Assembly: GCA_963726495.1 (NCBI GenBank)
Contig: CAVSCP010000009.1
Location: 79,665-143,664, forward strand
DNA length: 64,000 nucleotides
Origin: an uncultured Acidimicrobiales bacterium
GTDB taxonomy: Bacteria > Actinomycetota > Acidimicrobiia > Acidimicrobiales > DATKAS01
Direction of reading: 5' to 3'
This document shows positions 46,721-57,159 of the stretch, in pieces. The translations under genes and the position numbers were made by a program. Numbering within the stretch: position 1 is the stretch's first letter; each line of letters opens with the position of its first letter. Under the pieces are notes generated by a model. It was not told the origin of the DNA. It saw only the letters and a list, made by a program, of their open reading frames with translations, and made no database searches.

Positions 46721-48676
46721 CTACGGCACCTGATCCGTCATCGACGCGGTCGAGGTGAATCCGCCGAGCTGCGAGATCGCGAGGGCGGAGTAGATCCGGG
46801 TGCCGCTTGCGACTGGGCGGATCCGGAAGGTCAGCGACGTCGGGTCGGCCTTCAGCACGCCGCTGCCGGCCGGGACGAGCGAGGTGTCGGTGATCTTCAC
46901 GAACTGCAGGTCGCCGGCCGGATCGACGCGGGCGACGAGGGGCACCAGGGAACCCGACGGGTTGATGATGAAGCCCGAGGTCGCGAGCCCGACGCCTGCG
47001 TCGTCGGTGTCGCTCACGATCTGCGTCGGGTCCTGCTTCACTTCGAAGTAGACCCGCTCCGCCTTGCCCGTCACGAGGTCGACGGTCACGTTGCCGAAGA
47101 CGGTGGTCGCGTGGGACTGGTCCTTCGCGTCCGGGTAGTAGGCGAACGGCGCGATGAAGGTGAGCTGGTTCGCGACGGGATCGACCGTCACCCTTCGGTA
47201 GACGGGCACGCTCACGTCGCCGTCGCTGACGACGAGGTCGCTGAGGTCCCACTCGCCGCCCGCGATGCCATCGGTTCCCTTGGTGAACGAACCAGGGGAT
47301 TCACCGACCAAGACCGGCGCGCCGCTGTCGTCGAGCAAGCCGTAGCGGATCCGCACGTCGGTGATCGTGTTGGCCTCGTTCACCGTGAACGGGGTCGTCA
47401 GGAACGCGCCCGCGTCGGTGAACTCGTAGTCAGCGGTCGCCTCGGTCGTTCCCTCGGTGTCACCGAAGAACGCGCGGCTCGCACCACCGGCAGCGGCGCC
47501 GCTCGCGTAGTAGGCGTTGAGGAACTTGTTCCAACCCGCGACAGACGAGAGGTTGGCGTACGACTTCCGGTACGTGCTCGCCGCGGGCGGGAAGTAGATC
47601 GACACGCCAGATCCACCAGGCAGGCCCGGACCGACGACCTTGTAGGCGACGGCCGCGTTCAGCGCTCCGGTGATCGGGGCGAGCTGCGGGGCAGACCCAC
47701 TCGCCGCGAGCGCGCCGAGGTCGACGAGGTTGAAGTCGAGCTTCGGGTCAGGGTTGCGCCCGTAGCTGAGCACGGCCGCACGCGTGCCGCTGACCGCGGG
47801 CGCGACGGCTTTCGCAGCTCCGGCGAGCGAGTTGCCGGCGCCGTTGACCGCGTTCGTCAGGGCGGGCACCGCGGCATCGTTGATGACCGCGAGCGAGATG
47901 CCGGCGCTCGTGTTCTGGCTCGTCGCGTACGCCTGGTACGAGTTCGCGATCGCCTTGCCGAGGTCGGCGCCCGAGCCGCCGCCACCGGCGATCGCTCCGA
48001 GCGCGGAGTAGTCCCAGCCGTGGCCGGGTTCGAGCTCGGCCGACGCGGTGATCCAGTTGGCGAGCGGCGCGAGCGTGCCGAGCACCGCGGTGTTCGCCAT
48101 GAGACATGCGTCGAAGCCGAGCATCTCGAACTTCGGCTTGCCCGCGCCCGCCAACCCCGACTGCAGCGCCTGCTGCAGCTTCGGGAGGGCGATGATGTGG
48201 TTGGTCTGCTCGTCGAGCGCCGTGCCGAGCCATGCCGCGCCGTGATCCCAGATGATGAGGGCGAGCTTGTCGGAGGGATGGCGCTTCGCAGCGCTCGAGA
48301 TGAAGTTCGACAGCGTCGCCGGGTCACCGCTGTCGACGTTGCCGAGGTTCTGCTCCTCCTTGAACGAGCCCTTGTTGACTTGCACGACCTTCGCGCCTGA
48401 CCAGTTGCCCAAGTTGCCGAGCGGCGCGTCGGAGTACTTCGGTGAACGGTCGATGAACGCCTCGATGTCGAGACCCGGGCCACTGCCCACCGACGCCATC
48501 TGCATGAGGTTCGGGATCGCGAACGGCTCGAGGTTGTTGTCGGCAGCGACGTAGACGAGCACCGTCCACCCGGGCTGCGCCGCGCCGGCGCTCGATCCTC
48601 CGACGGTCACGACGCCCGCAGCTGCGGCGATGGCGGCCACGAGCGCGGCTCCGAGCCACCGCCCGTGTGTGGACAT
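46721..48676 (-). CDS. Secreted clostripain-family (peptidase C11-like) cysteine peptidase with a long C-terminal extension
   Basis: The signal peptide is MSTHGRWLGAALVAAIAAAAGVV..AGAA. Sequence features are VLVYVAADNNLE, a catalytic-type His (IIWDHGAAW) and a catalytic-type Cys (GFDACLMAN). About 330 further residues have no motif I recognise. Confidence 0.7.
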   Translation of the reverse strand: MSTHGRWLGAALVAAIAAAAGVVTVGGSSAGAAQPGWTVLVYVAADNNLEPFAIPNLMQMASVGSGPGLDIEAFIDRSPKYSDAPLGNLGNWSGAKVVQVNKGSFKEEQNLGNVDSGDPATLSNFISSAAKRHPSDKLALIIWDHGAAWLGTALDEQTNHIIALPKLQQALQSGLAGAGKPKFEMLGFDACLMANTAVLGTLAPLANWITASAELEPGHGWDYSALGAIAGGGGSGADLGKAIANSYQAYATSQNTSAGISLAVINDAAVPALTNAVNGAGNSLAGAAKAVAPAVSGTRAAVLSYGRNPDPKLDFNLVDLGALAASGSAPQLAPITGALNAAVAYKVVGPGLPGGSGVSIYFPPAASTYRKSYANLSSVAGWNKFLNAYYASGAAAGGASRAFFGDTEGTTEATADYEFTDAGAFLTTPFTVNEANTITDVRIRYGLLDDSGAPVLVGESPGSFTKGTDGIAGGEWDLSDLVVSDGDVSVPVYRRVTVDPVANQLTFIAPFAYYPDAKDQSHATTVFGNVTVDLVTGKAERVYFEVKQDPTQIVSDTDDAGVGLATSGFIINPSGSLVPLVARVDPAGDLQFVKITDTSLVPAGSGVLKADPTSLTFRIRPVASGTRIYSALAISQLGGFTSTASMTDQVP

Positions 48677-48798
48677 TGACCCACCGTAGCGACACACCCG
48701 ACTCGGTTGCCACGGCGCGTGTCCAGTCGACCCCGTAGCGTGTGGGTCGGTGAGGCGAAGGGGACCATTGGTCGCAACGATCGCTCTCGCGGGTCGCG

Positions 48799-49720
48799 TT
48801 GTGCGCCGCGTCGTGCACGAGCGGGGATGACTCGGGCGCGGCATCCACGACGGCGGCCACGACGAAGGGCGCGACCGGCTCGAGCCCAGTCGAAACCGCG
48901 GGGATGACCTCCGACGGCACGGTCGTGTTCGGGGCGTTCAACTTCAGCGAGAGCACGATCCTCGCCAACATCTACGCCCAGGCCGCGATCGCTGCCGGGG
49001 TCCCGGCTGAGGTCCTCCCTAACGTCGGCCCACGCGAGGTCGTCTACCCGCAGCTCTTCAACGGGCAGCTCGGAGTCGTGCCGGAGTACTCGGGCACCGC
49101 GGTCGTCGCGCTCGGCGGTGAGGCGACGTCCGACACCACGAAGACGCACGACGCGCTCGTCGATCTCATGAAGCCGAAGAACGTCGCGGTGCTCGAGTTC
49201 GGCTCCGGCGCAGGATCGCAACGCGATCGCGGTCACGCTCGACACCGCGACGCGCCTGAACGTGCAGACGATGACCGATCTCGCCAAAGTCGCGCCCGAC
49301 CTGACCCTCGGAGCTCCTGCGGAGTGCCCACAGCGACCGTTGTGCATCCCTGGGTTCGAGTCGACGTACGGCATCAAGTTCAAGAGCTTCGTGCCGCTCG
49401 ACTCCGGAGTCCCAACCGCGTCGTCACTCGCGCGAGGCGAGGTCGGCGCCGCATTGGTGTTCACGACCGACGCGACCATCTCGCCGTTCACACTCATCAC
49501 GCTCGACGACGACAAGGGCATGTTCCCCGCGGACAACGTCACGCCGGTGGTCCGCCAAGAGGTGCTCGACAAGTATCCACAGCTCGGCGCCGCTCTCGAC
49601 AAGGTCTCGGCCGCGCTCACGACCCGCGACGTGCGGGCCCTCAACTACACCGTGGCCCTCGCCGGTGAACGCCCCGACCAGGCCGCGAAGAACTGGCTCC
49701 AGGACAAGGGTCTGATCTGA
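48799..49720 (+). pseudogene. Glycine-betaine/osmoprotectant-type ABC substrate-binding protein (OpuAC-like), frame break near 49200, N-terminus unresolved
   Basis: Sequence features are ..VVFGAFNFSESTILANIYAQA..PQLFNGQLGVVPEYSG... The protein continues in ORF 49262..49720 (..ECPQRPLCIPGFESTYGIKF..ALVFTTDATI..). A lipoprotein-like leader (..IALAG..LCAASC..) is split over two frames upstream. Confidence 0.65.
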
Positions 49721-49741
49721 CCGGACCGATCTGACCAGACC
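49714..49741 (+). repeat. Tandem 14-mer (GATCTGACCGGACC / GATCTGACCAGACC)
   Basis: Two adjacent copies differ at one position. They overlap the binding-protein stop and lie 18 nt upstream of the DtxR-family start. Confidence 0.6.
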
Positions 49742-49758
49742 GGTCCTAGACTCCGCCC

Positions 49759-50409
49759 ATGGCCGAGTGGCACCCGGCGTTCGAGGAGTACTGCGAGACG
49801 ATCTACGAGCTCGCCGAAGACGACGTCGACGTCATCCAGGCGCGCATCGCCGAGCGCATGGGCATCTCGCGGCCCGCGGTGTCAGAGATGATCAAGCGCC
49901 TCGAGCACGAGGGCCTGGTCGAGATCGACGGGAAGATCCGCCTCAGCACCGAGGGTCGCGCCCTCGCTGAGCAGGTCGTGCGGCGGCATCGCCTCGCCGA
50001 GCGCTTCCTCACCGACATCCTCGGGCTCTCGTGGGCTGAAGCACACCACGAGGCCGGCAAGTGGGAGCACGTCATCTCCGAGTCGGTCGAGCTCGCGATC
50101 AGCCGCGTGCTCGGCGCGCCGACGACCTGCCCGCACGGCAACCCGATCCCCGGCTCCAGCTACGCAGCGCCCGACGCGCATCCACTGTCCGCGCTCTCGG
50201 TCGGCGCGAGCTTCACGGTCAGTCGCATCCCCGAAGAGCTCGAGTTCACTCCCGGCCTGCTCGACTTCCTGGAGGAGAGCGCGATCACACCGGGGCGTGT
50301 CGGCACGATCACCGCGGCGTCGCCCGACGGCACGGTCACCGTCGAGATCGAGGGTCACACCGTCGGCGTCGGCTCGTTCGCGAGCGACCGCATCCTCGTC
50401 ACCGCCTGA
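49759..50409 (+). CDS. DtxR/IdeR/MntR-family metal-dependent transcriptional regulator
   Basis: Intact 216-aa ORF. The HTH is ..ARIAERMGISRPAVSEMIKRLEHEGLV... The dimerisation/metal region is ..RRHRLAERFLTDILGL..HHEAGKWEHV... An SH3-like C-terminal domain is present. Confidence 0.85.
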   Translation: MAEWHPAFEEYCETIYELAEDDVDVIQARIAERMGISRPAVSEMIKRLEHEGLVEIDGKIRLSTEGRALAEQVVRRHRLAERFLTDILGLSWAEAHHEAGKWEHVISESVELAISRVLGAPTTCPHGNPIPGSSYAAPDAHPLSALSVGASFTVSRIPEELEFTPGLLDFLEESAITPGRVGTITAASPDGTVTVEIEGHTVGVGSFASDRILVTA

Positions 50410-50485
50410 ATCTGCGTCGCCGTCGTCCGCTGCGCTTCCGCCGGCTCCGGTCGCTGCGCTCCACAATCGGTGCTCCGCGCACCCC

Positions 50486-50504
50486 GGCGGCGCACTGCGC
50501 CGCC
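50486..50504. terminator. GC-rich hairpin between convergent genes
   Basis: GGCGGCGC-act-GCGCCGCC has an 8-bp stem. It lies between the DtxR-family stop (50409) and the helD stop (50515). Confidence 0.35.
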
Positions 50505-50514
50505 GTTCCAGCAG

Positions 50515-52580
50515 CTACTCCGCGAGCGCGTCGGGCAACGGCTCGGTGTGCACGATCACCAAGCGCTTGGTCGCACGGGTGAGCGCGACATAGAGCGCAC
50601 GAAGGCCCTGACGCTCCTCAGCGACGATGCGAGCGGGCTCGACGACGACGACCGCGTCGAGCTCGAGGCCCTTCACGAGGCCGACGGGCACCACCGTGAC
50701 CTGCGCCTCGAGCGCTTGCCGCGCGGCACGACCGACGGCCAACCCGCGCGACTCGAGCGCAGTCGCGATCTCGTCGGCCTGCGAGCCCGGCGTGACCACC
50801 GCAACCGACCCGTCGCCGAGCGCGGCGAGCAACGACTCGACCGTCGATGCGACTTCGCCGCTCAGATCGGCCGGTGCGATGCGACGGATCACCGGCGCCA
50901 CGTCGCCCTCGCGCACCGACCGCGGCGGCACCAGACTCGGAGCAGCGATCGACAGGACGCGCGCCGCCAGCGCCATCGACTGCGCCGGGATGCGATAGCC
51001 GATCGTCAGCTCGTGGACGCGCGCCGGCTTCCGGTTCGGGAGGTGTGCGAGCACCTCGTCCCAGCTGTCGGGCGCAAACGCGCCCGTCGCTTGCGCGAGG
51101 TCGCCGACAACCGTCATCGAGCCGTTCAGAGAACGCCGCGTCAGCATCCGCAACGCCATCGGGGTGAGGTCTTGCGCTTCGTCGACGACGATGTGTCCGT
51201 ACGTGCGGATCTCCTCGGCCTCGACGCCAGGGCGGGCCGGCTTCGGGCCGAGCAGCTCGAGTGCTTCGTCGAGCAGAGGCACATCGGCATCGGTCCACAC
51301 CACATCGTCCACGTGTGCGGATCGCGGGCGAGCGAGCAGCTCGATCTCGTCGTCATCGAGCGCGCCCCGTGCGGCAAGACGGATGAGGGCGCGCGAGCCG
51401 AACAGGTCGTGGAGGAGCTGCGCGGGGGTGAGCACGGGCCACATCGCTTCGAGCGCAGCTCGCACCTCGTCCGTGGAACGTGTGCGCTCGCGGACCGTGC
51501 CGGAGTCGACCTGGTCGCGGCTGCTCGCGGCGAGCGCGTCGAACAAGGCCTGCTCGACGAACCTGCGGGCCGCGTTGTGCGTGTGCGCCCGCCGAGCGGC
51601 ACCTCGAACGATGCGCCGTGACGTCTCGACGTCGAGCCGCAACGAGGTGAGGCCGAACGGCACGACGAGATCTCGTGGCAACGCGCGCTGGCGATCGCGC
51701 ACTGCGTTCGCGAGCAGCGCAGCCATCCGCACGTGGCCCTTCACCCGCGCGGGTCGCGGTCGCGTCGGTCGCCTGGATCCGCACCGCCGGGCACGAGGTC
51801 CGCGAGCACGACCTGCTCGACGCCGGACTCGCCGAGCGACGGCAGCACGCGGTGGATGTACCGCAGGAACACACGGTTCGGCCCGACGACGAGCACGCCT
51901 TGGTCTTCGAGCGGGAACCGGTACGTGTAGAGGAGGTACGCCGCGCGATGCAGCGCGACGACTGTCTTGCCCGTGCCCGGACCGCCCTGCACGACGAGGA
52001 CACCGTGCAGCGGTGAGCGGATGATCTCGTCCTGCTCCGCCTGGATCGTGGCGACGATGTCGCCGAGCTGACCGGTGCGCGACTGCTCGAGCGCGGCGAT
52101 CAGCGCGCCCGGGCCGACCAGCCCGTCATCGCCGTCGCCGTTGCCGTTGCCGTTGAAGAGCTCGTCCTCGATCGCGACGACCGTGCGTCCCTTGAGCGCG
52201 AAGTGCCGGCGGCGCGAAAGGCCCATCGGGGCACGGCCGGTCGCCCGGTAGAACGGCTCGGCCACGGGGGCTCGCCAGTCGACGACCACTGGCTCCTGGC
52301 GCTCGTCCGCGACCGCGAGCCGCCCGATGTGGAAGGCCTCCCCGGTGTCACGGTCGATGCGGCCGAACACGAGGGCCGCATCGCCGATCTCGAGGTGGGC
52401 GAGCCGGTTCCGCACCGTCTCTTCGATCACGTCGCGCTCGTAGCGAGCCTGGTGGGTGCCGCCTCGCCCGACCTCGGTCAGTCCGCGCAGCCGAAGTGCG
52501 TGCTCACGGGCCCTCTCGAGGCAGTCGTAGGCACGATCGATGTAGGCCTGCTCTGCGGCGAGCTCGGAGTGCTGCGACAT
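50515..52580 (-). pseudogene. helD: HelD-type (UvrD-like superfamily 1) helicase / RNA polymerase-associated ATPase, one frame break near 51745
   Basis: The N-terminus is MSQHSELAAEQAYIDRAYDCLE..VVDWRAPVAEPFYRAT... Walker A is VVQGGPGTGKT. The C-terminal part is ORF 50515..51744 (..HIVVDEAQDL..VGDLAQ..LYVALTRATKRLVIVH..). Confidence 0.75.
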
Positions 52581-52672
52581 CGACCGTCCCGAGGGTTCAA
52601 GGGGGGAAACAGCCACGAGGGGGAGAACAATCGTAGCGGCGCGAGGCGCCAGACCTACGGCACCATGGCGCG

Positions 52673-53506
52673 ATGACCGACCCCACGCACGGCTACGACA
52701 GCCCGTACGGAGACCTCGTCGAGACTCGCCTTCGAGTGCTCTCGTGGAACCTCTGGGGCCGGTTCGGGCCCTGGGAGAAGCGTCAACCGGCGATCGTCTC
52801 GACGATCGCCGCCCTCGAACCCGACGTCGCCTGCCTGCAGGAGGTCTGGTCCGCGGACGACGCCAGCATGGCGGCCCTCGTCGCGGACCGGCTGGGGTTC
52901 GTGCACGCCTCGTCGTACAACGACGACGGGCCCGTCCACTCGGGCAACGCGATCGTCAGCCGCTGGCCGATCCTGCGGACCGACTGGCGTCCGCTTCCTG
53001 CGATCGACGAGCCCGACGAGCGGCGCACCGTGCTGTTCGCGGAGATCGACGGGCCCCGCGGCCCGATCCAGGCGTTCTGCACGCACCTCAATTGGCGGTT
53101 CGACCACAGCGTCGTGCGCCAGCGGCAGGTCGAGGCGATCGGGGCGTTCATCCAGGAGTGCCGGCCGCGTGAGTACCCGCCGATCCTGTGCGGCGACATG
53201 AACGCGGCACCCGACAGCGACGAGATCCGGATGCTGACGGGCCGCACCGGCGTCGTCGCGCCGAACCTCGTGTTCCACGACGCGTGGGAGGTGGCCGGTG
53301 ACGGCCCGGGCATGTCGTGGTCGAACGACAACCCGTACGCGGCTGCGGTCATCGAGCCCGCTCGCCGGATCGACTACGTGCTCGCGGGATGGCCGAAGCG
53401 CGGCGGGCTCGGCCATGTGGTGCGCGCCGAGCTCGCGGGGACGCGCCCGATCGACGGGGTGGTGCCCTCAGACCACTACGGCGTGGTCGCCGAGCTGCGG
53501 TACTAG
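52673..53506 (+). CDS. Endonuclease/exonuclease/phosphatase (EEP) family protein
   Basis: Intact 277-aa ORF (..RVLSWNLWG..DVACLQEVW..LCGDMNA..SDHYGVVAEL..). Confidence 0.75.
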   Translation: MTDPTHGYDSPYGDLVETRLRVLSWNLWGRFGPWEKRQPAIVSTIAALEPDVACLQEVWSADDASMAALVADRLGFVHASSYNDDGPVHSGNAIVSRWPILRTDWRPLPAIDEPDERRTVLFAEIDGPRGPIQAFCTHLNWRFDHSVVRQRQVEAIGAFIQECRPREYPPILCGDMNAAPDSDEIRMLTGRTGVVAPNLVFHDAWEVAGDGPGMSWSNDNPYAAAVIEPARRIDYVLAGWPKRGGLGHVVRAELAGTRPIDGVVPSDHYGVVAELRY

Positions 53507-55823
53507 TCGGGCTCGATCGCGCCGATCAGCTCGAGGATGCGCGTCGGCGGCAGGTGCTGCTCGGTGATCCTGACGCCGAAGGGGGCGAGCGCGTCTTCGA
53601 TCGCGTTGCAGAGCGTCGGCGGCGACACGATCATCCCGCCCTCGCCGACGCCACGGAAGTTCACGTCGGGATCGAGCGGCACGGTCTCGAGATGGTGGAT
53701 CTCGATCCGCGGGATCTCGGTCGCGGTCGGCAGCAGGTAGTCCATGAACGTGCCCGCGAGGAACTGCGCCTGGTCGTCGTAGGCCGACCGCTCGAGCAGC
53801 ACCGCGCCGATGCCCTGAGCGACGCCGCCGCGCACCTGGCCCTCCACGATCGCGGGGTTGATGAGCGCGCCGCAGTCCTCGACGACGATGTAGCGCTCGA
53901 CCGTGACCTGGCCGGTCTCGACGTCGACCTCGACGATCGCGGCAGTGCGTGCCGTTCGACCATCCGCCCTCGCCTCCGTCGAACGCACGCGTCTCTTCGA
54001 GCGGCTCGGGGCGCGAGCGGCGACGTCGCTCAACGTGATCGCGCTCACCGGCACGCCGCGCACGGCCACCTTGCCGTCGGCGAGCTCGAGGTCGCTCGCG
54101 CTCGCTTCGAGAAGATCCGCCGAGACGTCGAGGATCCGGTCGCGGAGCGCCCGCGCGGTGTGCAGCGTGGCGCCGCCGGCCATCGTCGCGGCACGGCTGC
54201 CGCCGGTGCCGAAGCCCATCGGCGCGCTGTCGGAGTCGCCGCAACCACCCTGACCTGCTCGAAGGGCACGCCGATCTCGTCCGCCGCGATCTGAGCGAAC
54301 GTCGTCTCGTGGCCCTGCCCGTGCGGCATCTGCGAGGTGAACACCGACACCATGCCGTCGGGCTCGAGGCGGATGCGCATCTGCTCGGGGCCCATCATCC
54401 CGCCGCCACCGCCCCCTTCGCGCGGGCCGGGGGCGGCCTCGATGAACGTCGCCACGCCGAGACCGAGGTACCGGCCTTCCTCGCGTGCCGCTGTCTGGCG
54501 AGCGCGGAACGAGGGCAGATCGATGATCTCGGCCATCCGCTCGAGCGATTCGCGGGCGGTGACGCCGACGAGGCTGCGGCCCGTGATCATCGCGAGCGGC
54601 GGCTCACCTCGAGTGACCACGTTGCGGAGTCGCAGCTCGAGCGGCTCGATGCCGACCTCGTGAGCCACGATGTCGAGCAGGCGCTCGCGGGTGAACGTCT
54701 CCGCTGCCCAAGGGCCGCGGTACGCGACGTACTGCGCCTTGTTCGTCACGGTCGCGCTGAACGTGAAGCCGAGCGCTTCCATCTTGTAGGGGCCGGGCAG
54801 CATCGACTCGATGAGCCCGCTGATCATGGCGCCCATGCCCGGGTACGCGCCGGTGTCGACGGTCATGTCGACCTTCAAGCCGAGGATGTCGCCTTCGTTC
54901 GTGACTGCCGCCTCGGCGATCATGCTCTCCTCGCGAGCGTGACCCGAGAACATCAGGTGCTCGCGGCGGTCCTCGATCCACTTCACCGGACGTCCGAGGT
55001 CGCGCGACGCGGCTGCGCACGCGAGGTCCTCGCGAGACGTGCCGATCTTCAGGCCGAACGAGCCTCCGATGTCGCCACACAGCACGCGGACCTTGTCAGG
55101 GGCGAGCCCGAGCTGGCCGCAGAGCGTCATCTTCGCGAGGTGCACTCCCTGGTTCGATCCGTGCACCGTGAGCATCCCCGTCTCGGGATCGAAGCTCGAG
55201 ATGCTGCCGCGGCACTCCATCGGCACGTTCTGATGGCGATGCTGGTCGATCTTCGCGGACACGATGCGGTCGGCCTTTGCGAACACGGCGTCGAGGTCGC
55301 CGTGGCTCGCCGTGCGGCCGTTGACGAGGACGTTGCTGCCCGCGTCGGCGAAGATCGGCGTGCTCGTCGGGTCGAACGCGTCGGCCGAGGAGGCGACAGG
55401 TCGAAGGTCGTCGTAGTCGACCTCGACGAGCTCGGCGCCATCTTCCGCGAGGTACTTCGTCTCCGCGACGACGAGCGCGATCGGGTCGCCGACGAGCCGC
55501 ACCTTGTCGGTGGCGAGGATCGTGAACGGCGATGCCGGCAGCCCGGGGAACAACGTGAGCGGCGGCCGCGCCGGGAGCGAGGAGCGCCTGGCAGCTCGGC
55601 GCCGGTGTAGACCGCGACGACTCCGGCGAGCGCCCGCGCCTCGGTCACGTCGACCGAGGTGATCAGCGCGTGGGCAACCGGGCTGCGCACGAACGCCGCG
55701 TGCAGCATGCCGGGGAGGTGGATGTCGTCGACGTAGCTGACCCGATCCGGTGAGGATCCGGCGGTCTTCCGACCGCGGCACGCTCGACCCGACGAAACGC
55801 TGCGCGGGGATCACCGTGCTCAT
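53503..55823 (-). pseudogene. Molybdopterin-binding large subunit of a xanthine dehydrogenase/CoxL-family hydroxylase, at least 3 frame breaks
   Basis: The N-terminus is [26 protein letters not shown]. The active-site-loop region reads VAYRGPWAAE, which is not the CO-dehydrogenase AYxCSFR motif. The C-terminal part is ORF 53503..54219. Confidence 0.8.
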
Positions 55824-56317
55824 CGCCTGCCTCCCACTCCGGCCGCTCCAGCCACTCCGGCCGCTGCGAGCACGCCGTTGATGATCGTCTCGTAGCCCGT
55901 GCAGCGGCAGATGTTCCCCGACAGCGACTCACGGACCTCGGCCTCGGTCGGCGTCGGGTTCTCGGCGAGCAACGCCGTCATCTGCATGACGAAGCCCGGC
56001 GTGCAGAAGCCGCACTGGAACGAGTGCTCGTCACGCAACGCCTCCTGCAGTGCGTTCATGTCCCCGCCGGAAGCGAGGCCTTCGATCGTCGTGATGCTCG
56101 CGTCCCGGGCCTGCACGGCGAGCATCAGGCACGAGCGGACGGGCTCGCCGTCGAGGAGCACCGTGCACGCGCCGCACACGCCGTGCTCGCAGCCGAGATG
56201 GGTGCCGGTCAGGTCGAGGTCTTCGCGGAGGAAGTCGGCGAGGGTCTTGCGAGGCTCGGCTGCGCCCTCGCGCAGGTCGCCGTTGACCGTCAGCCTGATC
56301 GGGATGGTCTCGCTCAC
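55820..56317 (-). CDS. (2Fe-2S)-binding small subunit (CoxS-like)
   Basis: Intact 165-aa ORF with cysteine clusters CEHGVCGACTV and CGFCTPG..CRCTGY. The GTG start overlaps the coxM-like stop. The stop overlaps the large-subunit ATG. Confidence 0.9.
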   Translation of the reverse strand: MSETIPIRLTVNGDLREGAAEPRKTLADFLREDLDLTGTHLGCEHGVCGACTVLLDGEPVRSCLMLAVQARDASITTIEGLASGGDMNALQEALRDEHSFQCGFCTPGFVMQMTALLAENPTPTEAEVRESLSGNICRCTGYETIINGVLAAAGVAGAAGVGGRR

Positions 56318-57159
56318 GCGGCGCTCCTCGCTCGTTCGGTTGCTTCGGTAAGGGCTCGCCGCACGAGCACTGCGGCCACAGACCGTCGATACGCGGCAGT
56401 TGCGTGGAGGTCGGCCGAAGGGTCGAGGTCGCGGACCGCGAGTGCGGCCACATCGGCGATCGGCACACCTTCCTTCATTGCGGCCTCGGCTTCGTGCGCG
56501 CGCACAGGGCGATCGGCCATGTTGATGAGCGCGATGCGGACGTCGCCGTCGACCGTCACCGACGCGACGACGGCGACCATCGCGAAGTCACCGTGGCGAC
56601 GCGCCATCTCCTGCACCGAGACTCCCGTGCGGGGCACCGCGTTGGGGAAGGTGACTCGCGTGAGGATCTCGTCGACCTCGAGCGCAGTCGTGAAGTAGCC
56701 GGCGAAGAAGTCGGAGGCGTCGATGGTTCGGGTGCCACGGATGCTGCGAGCCTCGAACGTGGCGTCGAGGGCGAGCGCGATCGCGGGCAGCTCGGCGGCC
56801 GGATCGGCGTGGGCGATGCTGCCACCGATCGTGCCGCGCGTCCGGATCGCCGCGTGGCCGATGTACGGGACTGCAGTCGCGAGCAGGGGCACGTGCGACG
56901 CGACCTCCGCCGACCGCTCGACGGCGCGGTGGCGGGTCATCGCCCCGATCGTCGTGCTGCCGTTGACCTCGATCGACGACAGCCCGGTGACTCGGTTGAG
57001 GTCGATGAGCGCCGTCGGCCGCGCGAGACGCAACGAGAGCAAGGGGATGAGGCTCTGGCCACCGGCGAGGACCTTCGCGTCTTCACCGTGCTCGGCGAGC
57101 GCGGAGACCGCCTCGTCGAGCGATTCGGGCGCGACGTAGGTGAAGGGCGGGGGCTTCAC
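56314..57159 (-). CDS. FAD-binding medium subunit (CoxM-like)
   Basis: GTG at 57157..57159. Sequence features are VKPPPFTYVAPESLDEAVSAL..AGGQSLIPLLSLRLA..GTIGGSIAHADP... Confidence 0.85.
   Translation of the reverse strand: MKPPPFTYVAPESLDEAVSALAEHGEDAKVLAGGQSLIPLLSLRLARPTALIDLNRVTGLSSIEVNGSTTIGAMTRHRAVERSAEVASHVPLLATAVPYIGHAAIRTRGTIGGSIAHADPAAELPAIALALDATFEARSIRGTRTIDASDFFAGYFTTALEVDEILTRVTFPNAVPRTGVSVQEMARRHGDFAMVAVVASVTVDGDVRIALINMADRPVRAHEAEAAMKEGVPIADVAALAVRDLDPSADLHATAAYRRSVAAVLVRRALTEATERARSAA

Noticed and set aside
46637-48400. 587-aa ORF on the plus strand
   Set aside because: It is entirely antisense to the C11 peptidase gene. The sequence is Arg/Gly/Asp-rich and low in complexity, which is typical of shadow ORFs in very GC-rich DNA. 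The minus-strand frame has the motifs and the signal peptide.
53503-57159. CoxMSL genes as an aerobic carbon monoxide dehydrogenase
   Set aside because: The large-subunit active-site loop reads AYRGPWA. It is neither AYxCSFR (form I) nor AYRGAGR (form II). No coxD/E/F-type accessory genes are present.
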